In this document: piece after piece, positions 29,538-40,000 of the stretch
Layout of the letters: the number at the start of each line of letters is the position of its first letter
Position numbering within the stretch: position 1 is the stretch's first letter
Origin: the human T2T-CHM13v2.0 reference genome, Homo sapiens
DNA: 64,000 nucleotides
Strand: one strand, 5' to 3'
Assembly: GCF_009914755.1 (NCBI RefSeq)
Contig: NC_060925.1
Notes under the pieces: model-generated
What the model saw: only the letters and a program-made list of their open reading frames with translations
Told to the model about the DNA's origin: nothing
Database searches by the model: none
Program-made: the position numbers and the translations under genes

Positions 29538-30437
29538 CTTTTTTTTTTTTTTTTTTTTTAATCTTAAAGGTTGTCTTCTAACTTCAGCACTCAGAGTTTA
29601 CATAAGTAAGCCTGGGTTTACCCTACCCACTTTTTCCCTTATTTTTAAAATATCTATTTCCCCAACCATTGTCTTTAGTAAGTACTCTAAAATGACAGTC
29701 ATCAGCAGAAACGCAAGGATTCCAGGCCATAAGAGTTTGATCAAGAAAGGATTTTTTGAGGTAGCTATATCTTGCAAAAGAAACAGAGGTGTGAACTGTC
29801 TGCAGGGCTCTTCTCGGCAATGAGGTGTTCCTTCTGGATTCAGATATAGATCTTAATGGGGTAAACATTCTAGGTCTTACCACCATCTGTTCTTCTTTTT
29901 CTGCTTAGACTGTTAGTACCTGTTATAAGAGGAAAGGAGGCAAAAGTGTGAAAGAAAAATGGTTGGATCAGTGGTCTGAGAAAGAGGATAAAGTAGTCAT
30001 GTGACATTATTCTTAACAGAGATTAGAATGATTAAAAACAAAAACAAGTTGGTATCCAGGATATTCAGGTACAACCACCCCTTACCTGCTGATTCCAATT
30101 TCACATTCCATTCCACATTGATGAATAATAATAATGATGTACTTTTAGCTTTGTCAGAAATCCTATCTGCATATTTATAAGGTCATTATGTTTAGTTGTT
30201 GCTGATACCTGGTCTGAGTCCAGCAATTACCACCTCTGTCTCTTTGCACACACTGGTAGACATACACACCACTGATTTGTACTTTCCTATAAAATTACTC
30301 TTCCCCTTTTTAATTAGAGTGTTTTCAGAAGCAAACCCTATCGTTAAGGCCATGTATGCTTCCATTATAAATACCTGTTTCCAGCCATTAATTATCTCCC
30401 AATGAATTACTTACTTAGAAGGAGATTTTTAATGCAT

Positions 30438-30783
<346 letters not shown>

Positions 30784-31345
30784 TGATGTCCCCTCTCTCA
30801 TACTTAGTTAACCATTTTGAATTCCACTTAGTAAGAAAAGTTTCCATTTTCTTTTTCTTCGGGGGACTTAGATATGATCTGCACCTAGATGGTAAGAAGA
30901 TTTTCCATATTTTGAAGTAGAAACTTTCTGTATGCCTGAATCTTGCTGTCAAGAATGTCTTGGCTAATTATGAAGGAAGAATATAAGAATGTGAGTAAAA
31001 ACAATTCAACAGTCCCTGAGAACAACGTCAATAAATATTCAAAATTGCATAACCATTTTAGTGACTAAAGCACTGAGACTCATCCAATAATACTGTGGTT
31101 TGATAATTACACAGTTGTGAATTTATGATACTGTTAAATTGGGGAGACATCTTGGTGCATACAGGTCAACCTTTTCATACATCATTATATACAAAAAGTA
31201 CACACCTACTTAGGAATTGAAGTGTAATACCTCCTAGCATAAAATGCTTAAAAGAAGATTTTAAGGGAGTGATACAGTGAGCATTCCTATATGAATTTTC
31301 CTGCTTATCTCAAGCATAGCAGAAGATGTGAAATTTCTAGGTAAG

Positions 31346-31635
31346 TTTTTTTTTTTTTTTTGACAGGGTCTTGCTCTGTCACCCGAGCTGAAATGCAGCA
31401 GTGGTAACATGGTTCACTGCAGCCTCAACCTCCTGGGATCAAGTGGTCCTCCCACCTCAGCCTCCCGAGTAGCTGGGACTAGAGACATGCATCACCATGC
31501 CCAGTTAGTTTTTTAATTTTTTGTAGAGACAGGGTCTCACTTTGTGGCCCAGCCTGGTCTTGAACTCCTGGGCTCAAGCCATCCTTCTGCCTTGGACTCC
31601 CAAAGTGTTGGGATTACAGGTGTGGGCCACTGTGT
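31346..31635 (-). mobile_element. AluJ
   Basis: Poly-T followed by a reverse Alu (CACTGCAGCCTCAACCTCCTGGG). Confidence 0.9.
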
Positions 31636-31704
31636 CCTTCCTTAACATAATAAAATTGAGATAATCACATTCATAAAAGGGCAAAACTATGTCAACAAGC
31701 CCAC

Positions 31705-32069
31705 TGTATTAGTCTGTCTTCACAGTGCTGTAAAGAACTGCCCAAGACTGGGTAATTTATAAAGGAAACAGGTTAACTGACTCACAGTTTAGCATGGCTG
31801 GGAAGGCCTCAGGAAACTTAACAATCATGGCAGAAGGCAAAGGGGAAGCAAGGTACCTTCTTCATAAGGCAGCATGAAGGAAAATTAATGCAGGAAGAAC
31901 TACCAAACACATAAAACCATCAGATCTCGTGAACTCGCTCATTATCAGGAGAACAGCATGGGAGAAACCGCCCCCATGATTCAATTACCTCCACCTGGTC
32001 TCTCCCTTGACACATGGGGATTACAATTCAAAATAAGATATTGGGTGGGGACACAGGCAAACTATATCG
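31705..32069 (-). mobile_element. THE1 (D-like) MaLR solo LTR
   Basis: TGTATTAGTCTG...GACTGGGTAATTTATAAAGGAAA...CCCCCATGATTCAATTACCTCC...GGGACACAGGCAAACTATATC. Confidence 0.88.
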
Positions 32070-32779
32070 CCCATATTACAATTACTTACATTACTGATTC
32101 CCTTAATTAGAGCAGAGGTAATTAATTGGGTCTAGGCTCAGTGGAAGGGTCTGGCTGGTTCTTAATTCTCAGAGCTAGTTTGAATCTTGAGGTTAACGTC
32201 TTGCCTTCTAGAACTTGTCCTGTGTTTGGCTGAACTCTGTGAACCTTTCAGAAAGTAGGTCTTTATTGAGCACATACTCTATGCAAGGCAAAGAACCAAC
32301 TACTGTGGAGTTTACAAACATGAATAAGGGGTAAGAAATGACTCTTGTCACATGGTTTACAGTCCAGCTGTGTGGGCCACCACAGTTCATATCTTTCAGG
32401 CTGGGGACTGGATGAGAGGAAAGTGGACTCAAAATTAATCCCAGTGCTCTCTACTTTCCCATATCCCTGTGCTTTATCTCTGTTGTAGTTATGTTATTTG
32501 TATGTTGGCCTGCCTCACTGCTCTGTGATCTCCAAAGAACAGGGACTAGGTTTTATTTATTTCTGCATTGCCGCAGAGCCTAGTATGTGCTTTATAGAGA
32601 ACAGGCTCTCAAAAAAATTTTAAATTAAAAGAATGTATTCACTTGTTTATGTTTCCTAGTTACAGTGGGCCAGCTTGTTCTGTGCTAATATGGAAGTGAC
32701 AAGAAACTGGTGTCCCTCTACGCAGAGGTCCCCACACTAAATATCATCTTGGATGTGCTTCACATTGTTGCACAAAGGT

Positions 32780-32995
32780 ACAGTGGAGTGAGACTGAGTA
32801 AGAGGACAGAAATAGTGGGGGGTTTGTCTCAGCTCACTAATTACTTATTTAACCTTGGGCAAGATACTTAAAGCTCTATCTCAGTTTCTTCATCTGCAAA
32901 ATGGGGATAATAATGACTGGGGTGCCTATTTCCCACGATTGTTTTGAGGATCAAATGAGATAATATAATTAAAAGTGTTTTTGGAAGGTCTAAAT
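32780..32995 (+). mobile_element. MIR SINE relic
   Basis: CCTTGGGCAAG...CTCAGTTTCTTCATCTGCAAAATGGGGATAAT...GAGGATCAAATGAGATAAT. Confidence 0.75.
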
Positions 32996-33687
32996 CACTG
33001 TGCAACTGCAAGGCATTATTAAAAGAAATCTTCCTTTTAATTCCTGCTTCCACAAACATCTCATCACATATCCTTGGGTCCCTGGGTTACATGGAGAGAT
33101 TCGTGGTGTAGCTCAATCTATGTGTCATAGCTATCCCACAATCTCTTCTTCAACTTCTCCAACACACCAAGACATTCTTCCAGTCTTGCACTGCTCCCCA
33201 GTTTATATAGATATATATGTTCCTCATTCAGCATTTATGTAAAACATATATTATTGAGCACTTATGTGATAGAAACCGGGGCAAAACAGAAAATAAAACA
33301 GAGTTTTATTTTGAGAGTTTTTTACAGCTTGTCGGCTCTGAGAGGACAGACATGAGAACAAATAAGTGCCCAATTCTGCATTTATTTTGGAAGGCAGTTT
33401 TATGTGAGTTTAAATCAGTAAAGACATAGATGTATATTTTTAGTTTTGATTAAAACTAAAACAATTGGTAGCCCTTACTCATATTTTTCTATCATTAAAA
33501 CTTATCTTTAAAAAATGTCTTCAGTCATATTTTTCCCTTACTTCCATTCATATTTACTCTTTACTTCTCTTGTCCTTACCAGAATGTATGCAGTAAGTTT
33601 TCATATTGTAACACATTCAACAAAAGTTATATGTGAACATAATAGCTGCTTTCTTTAAAACGGTTACTTTGAGAAACTGCATACCTA

Positions 33688-33989
33688 TTTTTTTTTTTTT
33701 TTTTTTGAGACGGAGTTTCACTCTTGTTGTCCAGGCTGGAGTACAGTGGCACGATCTTGGCTCACTGCAATCTCTGCCTCCTGGGTTCAAGTGATTCTAC
33801 TGCCTCAGTCTCCTGAGTAGCTGGGATTACAGGTGCTCGCCACCATGCCCGGCTAATTTTTGGTATTTTTAGTAGAGACGGGTTTTCAACATGTTGGCCA
33901 GGCTGGTCTCGAACTCCTGACCTCAGGTGATCTGCCCACCTCAGCTTCCCAAAGTGCTGGGATTATGACATAAGCCGCCACGCCTGGCC
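33688..33989 (-). mobile_element. AluS (Sq/Sx-like)
   Basis: Reverse Alu dimer. Degenerate TSD CTGCATACCTATTT / CTGCACATTTATTT. Confidence 0.93.
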
Positions 33990-35439
33990 TGCACATTTAT
34001 TTTAATAATGTTGTCATAGCTACAGTCGCTTCTAGAGTTGCTCTTTGGGGATAACTATCTTATATTCTTCTGAATATATTTTAATAGTGACAAAACTTAT
34101 CTTTGCAGGTGATTTTTAAAATTTGTATGCAGCCAAGTCACTATGAATTATCTTTAGTGAGTAAAGAGGAAGATCGAACTGGTAACACTGTGGGTAAACA
34201 ACTGAAAAATAATGTTATCTTTCTCTGAACATACTTGCACAAGACAAATTCCAAAAATATTTTGACTACGTTATTTTTGAAAAGGGTTTCCAGTATTTCA
34301 ATGTGACTACTTTCACTAATGATACTTGCTTACCTAAAGTGCTTGTTAACATGCAGTTTTGGAACTTCATAGGTCTATGCCCATACTGACTTGTACTTGC
34401 TTAGTGTTGTTTTACATTCTAGTTCAACATCTATTATGTGATAGACACTGGGGATTAATAGGCTGTGGTCTTTGCCCATGAGGACCTCAAAACTTAGTTG
34501 AGAACACAGAAATACAAAGAGTCCTGTGTGAAAAATAAGTATCGGTGTTAAGATAAAGAAGCGGCAGTGGAAGACAGTGGAGGGACTGTCTGTTAGAGGG
34601 AGGAATTTATTGTGGTGTCGGCAAAGCCTTCTTTGGACTGAAGGATGAATTATGATTAGAAGTTCATTAAGAGGAGGAGGGAAGGGGACTACAGGAGTCA
34701 TTCCAAGCCAAAGGAACAAAAGATACAGGGACAGAAACAGCAAGATATGTTTGGGGGAATCTCAAGTAATACTGTTATTGTGTGAAGTTCACAACAGGGG
34801 CAGGGAGGACAGGAGATGGGGCCCAATGACGAAAAGGCCTTGTATGTACCATGTTTAGAAGTTTGAATTTTATCCTATAGGAGTCAGGGAGAGGTTCTAT
34901 GGGTAGGATTTCTCATCCCAACAGGATTGTAAACTCCCACATCCAATTAGTCACACCTCCATTTTTTTTTTCTGTTTCTTTAACATTGTCTCAGATTCAT
35001 TCCTTCTGAAATCTACCTTATTAGTTCAGGTCTTCTTAAATTTGTGCCTGGACTGTTCACCAACTCTTGACTGGTCCTGGGGCTCCAGTTCACCTCTTGC
35101 TCCCAGCAATCAATTTTCTACAGAATTATCAGAGCAATCTTCCTTTCCATCAATCTCAACTCTGTTCAAAAACTTTCAATAGTTTTATGTGACCTAAGAG
35201 GTAGCTGCCTCCCCACCCTTTCAGCTTGCCATTCAAGGCTGCATAATTTGGTCCCAACCCCCTTTCCGTCCTTGACTCCTCTCACTGCTAACAGAGACAG
35301 AACTCATTTACTTACTCTTCTGACTGTACCTTTGCTTTCACGAGGGCTCTTTCCTGGAATGATATGTCCATACAACTATTGTTGTTGTTCTTACTTTTAG
35401 CTCTTTTCTTAGAAGCCCACTTGTACCCAGGTTTGATCA

Positions 35440-35772
35440 CACCCCCTACTCTCCTGCCCTGGAAGTAACTACTATTCTGGTTATAGTCTCTTAATATCTA
35501 TATCTATATATATGCATCCACAGATAATGTGTAGTATTGTCTTGAAAAAAATATACATAAATGGTATACTTTGTCTCCCTCTGCGATTATTTTCACTATC
35601 ATTTAGTTTTTAAGATTTATCCCTATTGACATAAATAGCTATAGTCTTTTCAATTACTGTGTTGCATTTCATTTTATAAATATACCATACATTATTCATC
35701 CATTCCTCTAAGGGTGGGCATTTATGTTGTTTTCAAGGTTTTGCTATTACAGTGTTACAACGAATATCCTTA
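35440..35772 (-). mobile_element. Old L1M (L1ME-like) 3' fragment
   Basis: GTAACTACTATTCTG...ATAAATGGTATAC...TAAGATTTATCC...ATTCATCCATTCCTC...TTTTGCTATTAC. Confidence 0.65.
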
Positions 35773-36709
35773 GCTTAGCTGGTCTCCTTGTCTTATACAA
35801 ATTTTACTGACCTTTCAAGATCCTGCTTTCATCCCAGCTCCTCTGGGAAAGCCTTCCCTGAATCCCCCAGCCCACAGCGGCAAAGTCTTGGTACTCAAAG
35901 TTGTTTGTGCATCTTTGGTATCATCCCACTGCCAAGCACACAGCTACGCAAAGTAAGGCACTTAAGAAATATTCGCTACACGGATGAACAAATGAATGAA
36001 TGAATGGGGCAGCACCACTCCGTGATGGCTCTATTCCTTTTTAATGGACTTTGGCGCCTTGGCCCACTTTCCTTCTTTGACAGCACTGGTCCTACTCCAG
36101 AGCATTCCTCTAGCTAGCAAAGCAGTGTGTGGATGTGTGGGTGTAGGTGGCGATACAGACCTCACTGGATGAGGACCGCCTCTCCCTGCAAGTTCACGAT
36201 CCCGGCAAACTCCAGTGCTTGAAGTTCAGAGTCCTACCCCACCCCCCTCACCTCCACGCCCCTTCTGCACTGGTCAAGCCAGCGAGCCGCTGCAGCCCTG
36301 ATCGAGTTAAGGCGCGGCGGCCCCCGGGGCCGCTGGAGAAGGATGCGGACGGGGCCAGTGACTCGTAGTAGATCCCTCCGCGCGGAGCTCGGGCCGGCGC
36401 TTCTTCCTGCGGGAAACCCCTGGGTGCCCAAGGCGGCGGGGCCGAGGCCGCGGCGACAGTGGGGCGGGGCTTGCGGTGGGAGGAGGCGGCTGAGGCGGAA
36501 GGACACACGAGGCTGCTTCGCTGCACACCCGAGAAAGTTTCAGCCAAACTTCGGGCGGCGGCTGAGGCGGCGGCCGAGGAGCGGCGGACTCGGGGCGCGG
36601 GGAGTCGAGGCATTTGCGCTGGGCTTCGGAGCGTAGCGCCAGGGCCTGAGCCTTTGAAGCAGGAGGAGGGGAGGAGAGAGTGGGGCTCCTCTATCGGGAC
36701 CCCCTCCCC

Positions 36710-36841
36710 ATGTGGATCTGCCCAGGCGGCGGCGGCGGCGGCGGCGGAGGAGGCGACCGAGAAGATACCCGCCCTGCGCCCCGCTCTGCTGTGGGCGCTG
36801 CTGGCGCTCTGGCTGTGCTGCGCGACCCCCGCGCATGGTGA
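36710..36841 (+). CDS. Poly-glycine uORF (uN2C-like): MWICP-G10-DREDTRPAPRSAVGAAGALAVLRDPRA(W*). Stop at 36839-41 only if unspliced.
   Basis: ATG at 36710 in weak context (CCCATGT), translated by hand. The N-terminus matches the known NOTCH2NLC uORF. At 43 aa it is too short for the ORF track. Confidence 0.65.
   Translation: MWICPGGGGGGGGGGDREDTRPAPRSAVGAAGALAVLRDPRAW
36725..36754 (+). repeat. (GGC)7(GGA)2GGC trinucleotide tract, paralogous to the NIID-associated NOTCH2NLC repeat; normal length
   Basis: Direct reading. Confidence 0.95.
36765..36837 (+). CDS. NOTCH2NLA: NOTCH2NL first coding segment (NOTCH2 signal peptide) with ATG>ATA start loss: [24 protein letters not shown], followed by a phase-1 intron
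   Basis: Matches NOTCH2 [24 protein letters not shown] except M1I and A21T. It is 73 nt long and ends at a GTGAGT donor. The M1I allele is characteristic of NOTCH2NLA but can move between paralogs by gene conversion. Confidence 0.8.
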
Positions 36842-37013
36842 GTATCGGGCTGAGGGGCGCTGTCCGCGGCGCCCGGGGCTGCCACCTGGGGCGACCCTTC
36901 TCCCCCTCGGTCCTTCTCTGTGTGGGAAGGCCAGGCTCGGCCGCCGGCGCGGAGCGAGGCCACTCGCTGGGTTCCCGAGAGTTTGGACATCGCCGGGGGC
37001 CCCTCCCGTGGTG

Positions 37014-37060
37014 CCCCGCCAACCGCCGGGGTTCCCCGCCAACCGCCGGGGTTCCCCGCC
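37014..37060. repeat. 20-bp tandem repeat, ~2.3 copies (CCCCGCCAACCGCCGGGGTT)
   Basis: Two perfect copies plus CCCCGCC. Confidence 0.95.
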
Positions 37061-40000
37061 GCCTCTGCTCCCCGCGGCCCGGGACCCCTCACACGCCTCC
37101 TCGGCAGGAGGGAGGCCGGCAGCAAGTCTCAGAAACTCCTTTTTCGTAGTGCCAGGGTGCAGGGAGGTGGGCAGTTTTGCCCTTCAGGTTCCGCGTTTCC
37201 TGGGGTCGAGCGAGAGCCGACGGCGGACCTCGGAGGGGCTGAGCGAAGGAATGCCAGATTCTGGCGTGGAGAGCGGGGGCAGGGCCGCCAAGCCAAACGG
37301 CCTGCACCTTCGCAGCCAGCCTCGCCTTTGCCAGGGGGCGGCACATGGGCCGGGTGTGTGGGCTTGGTTTGGATGGGGACGGGGTTTTGCGGCGCGCCTG
37401 AGTTTTGACACTCCAACCCCACCGAAAGTCCGGAGGAGCCGGGTGTGCTGCTCGCGTCTTTGAAAGGTGGAGGCAGGAGAAGTAGGGCAACTGGTGTGGC
37501 TGCATGCTGAGGCACATGATTTAAAAATCTCAACTGCTGTTATTCTTTCTGAGGCGCGGAGCTCTGCTGCTGTTTCAGGCTGTGTCCAGACCCAGGAATG
37601 TGGTGTGACGATCACCAATTCCTCCAACCTGGCAGCAGCATTTGCTGCTCCTTTGGCATGGCTGGGGGTGGGGCACGGGCGGGTGAGAAAAAGTGGATAC
37701 GTCAATTCAAAGGGCTTCCTTAGAAAGCTTCTTTGTGGTTGGATGTTTCTAACACGGTTGGACCAAGGAAAGGGAATCAAATCATATCTTCCCCATCCCA
37801 CCCACACTTTTAGATTCTACATTTCTTCAGACCCTTTAGTGGAAATAACTTGGGCTTTGGAGCCCTGCTCTGTAATCCTGGATTCAAATCCAGCTCTGCT
37901 ATATGAACTCACCAATAAAATGGGAATGAAATTATCCAGCTAATAGGATTAATTAAAATAATGTATATTAAACGGATGACACTCCAAAGGTGTTCAGAAA
38001 GTCCTTTGAGGGCCGAGGCTGTGTTTTACTGCTTCTGAGATTGATGCTCCCAGTGGGATGGTGTCTTGTGCATATTTGTTGAACGGAAAGCAGCCCCTTC
38101 TTTTTCTGAGCCTAATCTGAATAAAGATTTTTACCTTCACCAAAAAACTAGTACATGAACTACATCTGTTTTCAAAGAAAAGGTTAGGAAGATGATGAGC
38201 TTCAGAAAAATATGGTCTTTGTTCATTGTTAACAGTCAGTCGACATGTCAATCGCAGATGTTTAAAAAGAGAACAAGGTTATTTATCACCCGAAAATAGT
38301 ACTGGGTTGTTCAGCACCAACTAGATACTTCTTGGAAAGTTCAAATTTCGTACACGTCTAGGTCACTAAGAATTTCAGAAGTGGACCAGGAGGCTTTGTA
38401 GTGATGAAGCAGAGCTGTTGTTTCTGAAGCATTTAATAAAGAGCATATATGATGGTGTTTTTGCTTTTCCTTTTTCTTTGAGTGAAAGCTTTAAGTGTAG
38501 CTTTAGGATAGAGAGGAGTATAATCAATGAGACAGTCTGAGGGTAATAATCCTTGGTCTATCATTAACTTGTTTTGGTAAATAACTTAATCTTCATGATA
38601 TGTAGTCTCCTCACCTATGAAGCAGGACTAAAGGAATAACCTGCTTTAGAGAATTGTAGGGAATAATAAATATGATTGTAAAGTGATTTGAAAAATTAAG
38701 TATTAAATAATATGTCAGAAATGGGATTACTCTGACACATAGGGCTTCTTTTATTATAGGATCTCAGTGCGTAAAACTATGCCCTCCACCTCTGCTCTGC
38801 TGAGGTGCTGCGATTATTAGCTAGCTTTTAGGTAGTCAAGTTGAGTGTTAGTCAAGTTGACTCAAAGGATAGGATTTAGATATTTTGATTTTTAGACAGG
38901 TGTTCTTTAGATGCTAAACTAATGCAGTAGAAGAGATTTAGAAGCCTGTTTCTTGGTACAAATCTTAAATCTTCTTAGAGTCTACAGTGAAGGCTTCTTG
39001 AATCCTCCTAATTTATTATTGTGTTTTGCTAAGGTACCAATTACAGCACACCCTTCTAAACTTTTGAGTGTTCCTGTGTTTGGCTTGTGGCCAATTGTTA
39101 ATTTAAACATCACGGAGTTTCTAAGGCAAGGAGATGTTAGCAGTATGTCTGATTGTCTAAACAGCTATCCAGGACCATACTCTTGCTCCTTGTTTTCTTT
39201 TGCTTTGCAATGGGAAGTGACTCCCTGATTTTGCTGCCTGCTAGATAATTTCTCAGCTGAATTCTTCTCTTGCTTAAACAAAATCGGAGTAATTTTCTTT
39301 CAGATGGTGATGAAATTTAACCTAAAACTATTTTTCCTTTCACTTTCTTATTATTCCTTTTTTTTTGGTGTGGTGGAGAGGAGGAGGAGAGTGATTCCTA
39401 GTCTCTCTTATTTTTCTGAATGTTTAGATTTAAAAAATATTTACCCATAACTTCTTGGGATCTCTCTGCTCCATTCCCACACTACTGCCTCTCCTGTAGG
39501 CTTCTATGACATAGAGAAGCAACTTTTGGTTCACCTGGATTGTAGTTGCTGACTTCAGGACCTTTAGAGAATGTTTAAATTCAGTGGGATATGCTTGGAT
39601 GGTTCAGAGCAGCCTTACAATACATTTTAAAAATATCACACCCACAGAAATTCTATTTTGCCCACAAAATTTGCATTGATCTAGTTCCCACTCTGTGTTG
39701 CCATTCCTAGTGATCCTCCTCCCTACCTCTCCCATTATGGTAGAAAAAAACTCTGTGTCCTGGCTACATCAAAATCTGTTGGGGTGGATCTTGGACTCAG
39801 CACCCAGGGATTCTGATAAGGTAAGTTTGAGAATCCATATTTTTTCAAGGTTTACAGGTGATTCTGACAAGTAACTTGGTTGCAACCCACTGATTAAGTA
39901 CATTGTTTTTTTACCTTCAGGTGTGTGTATGAGGTCTTTCTAAATTTAAGAAATTTCCATAACAAATGTAACCTTAGTCATTCCAGTGTTTAACACTTCT

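Larger units (their letters stand above)
36510..36837 (+). other. NOTCH2NLA: Exon 1 of NOTCH2NL (5'UTR plus signal-peptide segment); start approximate
   Basis: Recognisable NOTCH2 5'UTR (AGGCTGCTTCG...CACACCCGAGAAAGTTTCAGCC), GGC tract and donor CATG|GTGAGT at 36837/36838. Confidence 0.8.
36270..37460. promoter_or_regulatory. CpG-island promoter of the NOTCH2NL gene (no TATA box seen)
   Basis: Sharp rise in GC and CpG density against a CpG-poor background. GC box GGGGCGGGGC at 36461-36470 and E2F-type GCGGGAAA at 36409-36416. Confidence 0.93.

Noticed and set aside
36725-36754. Pathogenic GGC expansion or NOTCH2NLC identity
   Set aside because: There are only 10 triplets, and exon 1 has ATA and lacks the 2-bp deletion typical of NOTCH2NLC.
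36765-36837. NOTCH2 proper
   Set aside because: The start codon is ATA and residue 21 is Thr. NOTCH2 has ATG and Ala.
36459-37463. 334-aa ORF as a full protein
   Set aside because: It starts at GTG and reads through the GTGAGT donor into GC-rich intron. Only 36765-36837 has protein homology.
37184-37943. 207-aa (-) and 158-aa (+) ORFs at the CpG-island edge
   Set aside because: No recognisable homology. They are intronic and explained by base composition.
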